Source of the DNA: Octopus sinensis
Lineage: Eukaryota
Length of the DNA: 64,000 nucleotides
NCBI RefSeq assembly: GCF_006345805.1
Contig: NW_021832829.1
Coordinates: 587,712 to 651,711 of the forward strand
Reading direction: 5' to 3'
Shown here: one piece after another, positions 59,635-64,000 of the stretch
How positions within the stretch are numbered: the first letter of the stretch is position 1
How the letters are laid out: the number at the start of each line of letters is the position of its first letter
Made by a program: the position numbers and the translations under genes
The notes under the pieces: model-generated
Seen by the model: only the letters and a program-made list of their open reading frames with translations
The model's database searches: none
Told to the model about the DNA's origin: nothing

Positions 59635-62420
59635 TGTCGCAGTCCGGAAGCGTTACGGTGCCGGAAGCGTTACGCATGTAAACAAAAAAAATTAAAAATA
59701 CGTAAAACAATAATAATTTCATTTGAAAAGAAAAAATATCTATAAATATTAATAAATTATGAATAAATTTTAATCATTTTAACAAGTGTGTATAATGCGT
59801 TTAGTGCAAATAACAAAAGAATCCCTACAGAAAATCAAGGAATTTCAAGAAAACCCCTGTGATCTTCTTTTGGAGGATTCATCGTCTCGGATGAAATGAT
59901 TTAGGCTAGCAAAATTGGCTATGTCATTTGTTTTTGAAGGCGAAACGCCATTCATTTGGCACAATAATCTAAAATTACGTTTTTTTTGTACGGATGAAAC
60001 TGAATTGAGACGCAAATTTGTTGAGGTATGTATTTGAATACAATATCAATAGGTTGAACACAATATTAATCACTTTGTCGATCTCCGAAGATATTCGGAA
60101 ATTAATGACTCATTTAATTGGGTATTTGCCTTCTCTTAAACGATTAGATTCTTGTTATTGTTGATTCTTTTTCGAAATATTGCATGGTCGAGTTAGCTTA
60201 TTCAAAAAGCTCCGCTGAAATTACATCTCTATTTCAAAAAGTTTTTTCTACGTGGGGCCTCCATTAATACTGCATACGGACAATGGCAAGGAATTTTGTA
60301 ATGCCCATATGATTCGGCTTTGTGTGAAAGTACAACATAAAGCATGTACGAGGAAGACCAAGGGCTCCCTGGATTCAAGGTCAGGTAGAAAGGTTTAATT
60401 TGACTAAATTTAAATGTTTATAGGCTCAATCAAAGTATAAAAAGGTGGATATCTCCCAAAAGTTATTCAGATGGACATTTTGGACGAGACTGCGATATTA
60501 TCAAAGACACATACACCCCTCGCGACAAAAAATTTGGTTATTTAATCTTTCCTGCTTTTTTTCATTTAAAAACGAATAAATTCATACTTTAAGATTCTTT
60601 AGATCTTCTAAAATAATATTTATTTTGTATTTATAATTAAAATAGATTTAAATTTTATTATTGCAAGAAATTTAAAGCATGTCGGCAATTAGGTTAGTGA
60701 CATAAAAATTGGTTATAAAATTAGTATTTAGAGATTGATCTTAATAATAAAAAAATATTTTTAGATATAATACTCTCGATTCGTTTATGAAAGGGAAAAT
60801 AATTGCGCTATACGACTTAAATATGTCATATATTAAAATTTCTAAAGAAACCGGTGTTCCATATTCAACAGTCGTAAATTTTATCAAGAAATACAATAAA
60901 ACTGGATCATATGACCGCCAACATGGTTCTGGAAGACTATCAATTTTGAATAATGTGCAAATTAATCATTTGGTACGCACATCAGAGGAAAATTCATCTT
61001 TAACTGCTTCTGAACTCTCTAATGAAATAGAAAAGTTTTCTGGAACACGTGTCTCGTCTCGAACCATAATACGAAATTTAAATAAAAATGGAATTTTCGC
61101 AAGAATTGCAAAGAAAAAACCACTTCTAACAAAAAAACACATGGTTTCCAGATTCGAGATCGTCCAAAAATTTCTTCAAATTTCAGACCATGATTTTAGA
61201 TCAATAATCTTTCCTGATGAATGTATTTTTGAATTATTACCGATCCAAAAAAAAAAATTGTGTATAGAAAAAAATTTGAAATGAATAAATTCGAAAATAT
61301 TACTCCAACTGTCAAATTTGGAAAGGTAAATTATGATGTAATAAAAATTAGGGAAAGTCATGGTGTGGGGTGTTTTTTTTCCTATCATGGGGTAGGCGAT
61401 TTGGTATTTATAGACAAAACGCTTAATTCTGCAAATATCAATCTATTTTGACCAATAATTTGCCATATTCTGTAAAAAAAATGGGGATTGTTGACTATAT
61501 TTTTCAACAAGACAACGCTCCCTGCCATACATCAAAAATGATTATTCAATATTTTCGCAAAAAATATTAAAAAATTAGAATGGCCTTCGCAATCTCCGGA
61601 TTTAAATCCGATAGAGCATTTGTGGGCTTATATGAAGGTTCAAATTAGGCAAAGAAAAAATGAGAACATTCAGGCACTGAAGGAAAATCTATTAGATATT
61701 TGGAATTCTATTCCATCAAAAACACTTGAAAATTAGTTGAGTCAATGAAAAAAGGTGTTGGGAGATATATTCGGCAAAAGGAGGTTATTCTACATATTAA
61801 TCTCACAATAACCAAATTTTATGCCAATGAAAGTCGTTGTTTTTTCCAAATTTCTTAGACAAAATTTCAAAATTTAAATAATTAAATTAATTTTTATTAA
61901 TTTTATCAGATTTTAAAATATATCATTCTTTGTATGAATGAAGTAAGTTGAAGATTCACCAATATTTATGTCGAGGGGTGTATGCCATTTCATGGATCAC
62001 CCGGATTTAATTTTGAGAAAGAAAATCAGGAAAAATCAGAAATTGAATCTGATTATGGAGAAGAAAATAATATGGAAATTGATTATCAAGAAAATGTATT
62101 CCGAGGACTTTATCAAAGAGCCCAAGAAGAAAATAATATAAGAAAGAATTCCGCTAGAAAAAATTTTAACATATATAAACAAAGAATGATTCTTAGCGCG
62201 ACCAAAAATTTAAATAACAGAACACTCATAATTGGAGATGTCGTTTGTATAAAAATTGATTTCGACAATAATACTAAAACTAGGAAATATCCTCTCGATG
62301 GTGAATATGGACGTAAAAAATATGTAATTGTTGATGAAGAGTTACATTGCGCTAAAATTAAAGATTTAGAAACCGGGGAAGAAATTAAAATTAGCAAATC
62401 AAGAATAAAAAAATTATAAA
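59635..62420 (+). mobile_element. Ginger-like integrase element (degenerate, right end not found), split by Tc1
   Basis: TGTCGC start with two CCGGAAGCGTTACG repeats; 27-nt intron at 60026-60052 before EHNINHF. VIVDSFSKY..GPPLILHTDNGKEFCN..GRPRAPWIQGQVER. The C-terminal IGDVVCIKIDFDNNTKTRKYPL resumes after the Tc1. Confidence 0.8.
60514..61980 (+). mobile_element. Full-length-sized Tc1 (DD34E) transposon with frameshifted transposase
   Basis: TA TSD; TIRs CACCCCTCG(CG)ACA / TGTCGAGGGGTG. HTH ORF 60787-61284, IIFPDEC, FQQDNAPCH..WPSQSPDLNPIEHLW. Confidence 0.92.
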
Positions 62421-62769
62421 AATAACTTTAATTTTAAATTAATCTGTTTTTTTAATTCTCTTCTTTCCATATTTCTTCAAGTAATTTAACGGCAGTATGT
62501 TGTCCCCCTCCTCTATATTTGTTTCTTCATAATAAAATAATTCATAGGTTTATATTTTTAAATCAGAACTGAATGATCGAAGTTTATTCATAAGAACCGT
62601 CTTTAAATAATATATATAAAGACTTTAAAAAATTTAATAAATTTATTGTTAATAGAAATTTAATTTTTAAAATTTTTAGAAATACAATTCTGCAGCATTT
62701 AGAGTAAAGTTACAAATACAATTTTTTTAGAAAATTCAAAACAATATAATATTTCCGGATTTTTGCCCG

Positions 62770-63000
62770 CGATCATGTATAGTATAAACGAGAGAAATCG
62801 CATAATCACCAAACTGGAGAAAACAAGGCGCTTTGCGATTAAACTGGCGTATAAGCTACGGCTTGATCAGGATCTCCCCAGAGAGCTAGACGAACAAACT
62901 CAAAACATTCGGCAAGTCCTCTGCTCATTGCAAAGGGCATGAGAAGTGAAAAGGAAAGCAAGGAGGAGGCTTTCGGTGTCTCGATTTTAAATAAAACCCT
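62770..63000 (+). mobile_element. LINE 3' fragment
   Basis: IITKLEKTRRFAIKLAY.. followed by TTTTAAATAAA; related to 24560-24830. Confidence 0.45.
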
Positions 63001-63189
63001 TTCTAATAACTCTTCTCTTTCGGTTGCTAAGTTAATAAAATCTGATCGTTCGTTCGTTCGATCATGTATAGTTTTGGTAGGATACCTTCCATTACTATGT
63101 TCTGAACTCTGTGTTGTTTTTTTATTTGTATTCATCTTTGTCGTTCGTGTCAAAGATGTTTAACAAATGATTAAAGATGATTAATGTAG

Positions 63190-63238
63190 ATCATCACCCC
63201 GGACGATATAAACGGGCCGGACGCTATAACACACCACA
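63190..63238 (-). mobile_element. Isolated Ginger-like terminus related to the 38271-39942 TIR
   Basis: Minus strand TGTGGTGTGTTATAGCGTCCGGCCCG..GTCCGGGGTGAT versus TGTCGTAAGTTATAGCGTCCGGGCCAG..GTCCGGAGTGAT. Confidence 0.65.
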
Positions 63239-63399
63239 TTCATTATTAGTATATTTATTGCTATCTCAAGTCTTTTCGTATACCAAGGAAGTCGATTTGA
63301 AGGCATTCATAAATCCTGATAAACATTATTAACAGTGATTAGTGCGTTTTCTGATTTGGTTTATGGAAATGTGCCAAAAGATTGCTCAATTTATCTGGC

Positions 63400-64000
63400 C
63401 ATAACGTCATATTTTCTAATTATAAGGTCAAAAAAGTCATATTTTTAAGTTCCAAATTCTGAAAAATCTATACGAAGAGTTCAATGTAGTTCAGATACAT
63501 GGAAGAGAAAAACAATCCCCGTACACAGGGGATTGTAGAACGTTTTAATCAAACCACCACCCGAAAACTCTCCAAAAGGATAGACACAGATGAAAAAAAG
63601 TGGCTGGAAATTCTCGAAAAAGTAGTGTACTTTTTATAACAAGCCTGTATACTCATTTTTCAAATCAGAGTCTTAAACGAGTCCCCAAAGGAGGTTAGCC
63701 GCTCATTGCTACTTATTTTAATTCCAAATTTGGAAAAAAGAAATCAATCTATGAATTAAAAAAACTCGCTTCTGTCTTTGGAAATAAAAGTGAAATTACC
63801 AAAAATGAAAATAAAATGAATAATAATTCCCCTGATTTGGCACTATACAACAAGGTGCTAGAGGAATTATTAATTCGAATTGATGCTACAACTATAAAAA
63901 TAATCAATAAAATAGTGGAAAAAGATAGAAATACTGAAAAATCCAAATAGACAATAGAATTAAATTTAATGTAAAAAGTTCTTATGAATGGAGATTAATT
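63400..64000 (+). mobile_element. Ginger-like integrase remnant running off the window end
   Basis: QIHGRE..P.TQGIVERFNQT..RKLSK..KKWLEILEKVV. Confidence 0.7.

Noticed and set aside
1-64000. Fanzor/TnpB, tyrosine-recombinase, Polinton or viral genes, and rRNA
   Set aside because: No RuvC-ZnF, YR, PolB, capsid or rRNA signatures were recognised. A profile search would be needed to exclude highly decayed copies.

Overview
This is eukaryotic, AT-rich genomic DNA dominated by transposable elements. There is no prokaryotic operon structure, CRISPR array or rRNA. Host genes are fragmented by ultra-short spliceosomal introns (mostly 22-28 nt), so the six-frame ORF track misses them. Manual splicing recovers an intact PCF11 (3865-6005 +) and an intact ERCC6L/PICH helicase (16997-19401 -). 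It also recovers DPH7 (24997-26074 +, with several homopolymer frameshifts), a disrupted 3' part of a DNAH1-like axonemal dynein heavy chain, and a disrupted SAPS/PP6-regulatory-subunit-like fragment. Animal-type genes, a ciliary dynein and about 25-nt introns suggest a highly compacted parasitic animal such as a dicyemid (inference only). The remainder is a nested TE landscape. DNA transposons include hAT (several with 8-bp TSDs), Tc1, pogo/Tigger, Merlin and a radiation of Ginger-like integrase elements (TGT...ACA ends, 5-bp TSDs). Retroelements include R4/Dong-like and CRE-like RLE LINEs, RTE-like and I/Jockey-group LINEs, a degenerate LTR/gag element and two tRNA-headed SINEs. The most novel-looking observations are four. 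(i) The Ginger-like elements carry host-type micro-introns, one at a shared position. (ii) Two of them share a twin GGCC-hairpin module with an identical 26-nt spacer. (iii) A tRNA-derived SINE family has a covarying structured core and a 3' tail matching a LINE in the same window. (iv) A TIR-less, TSD-less repeat carries an expanding 110-bp minisatellite. All protein assignments come from recognising motifs by eye; no database search was run.
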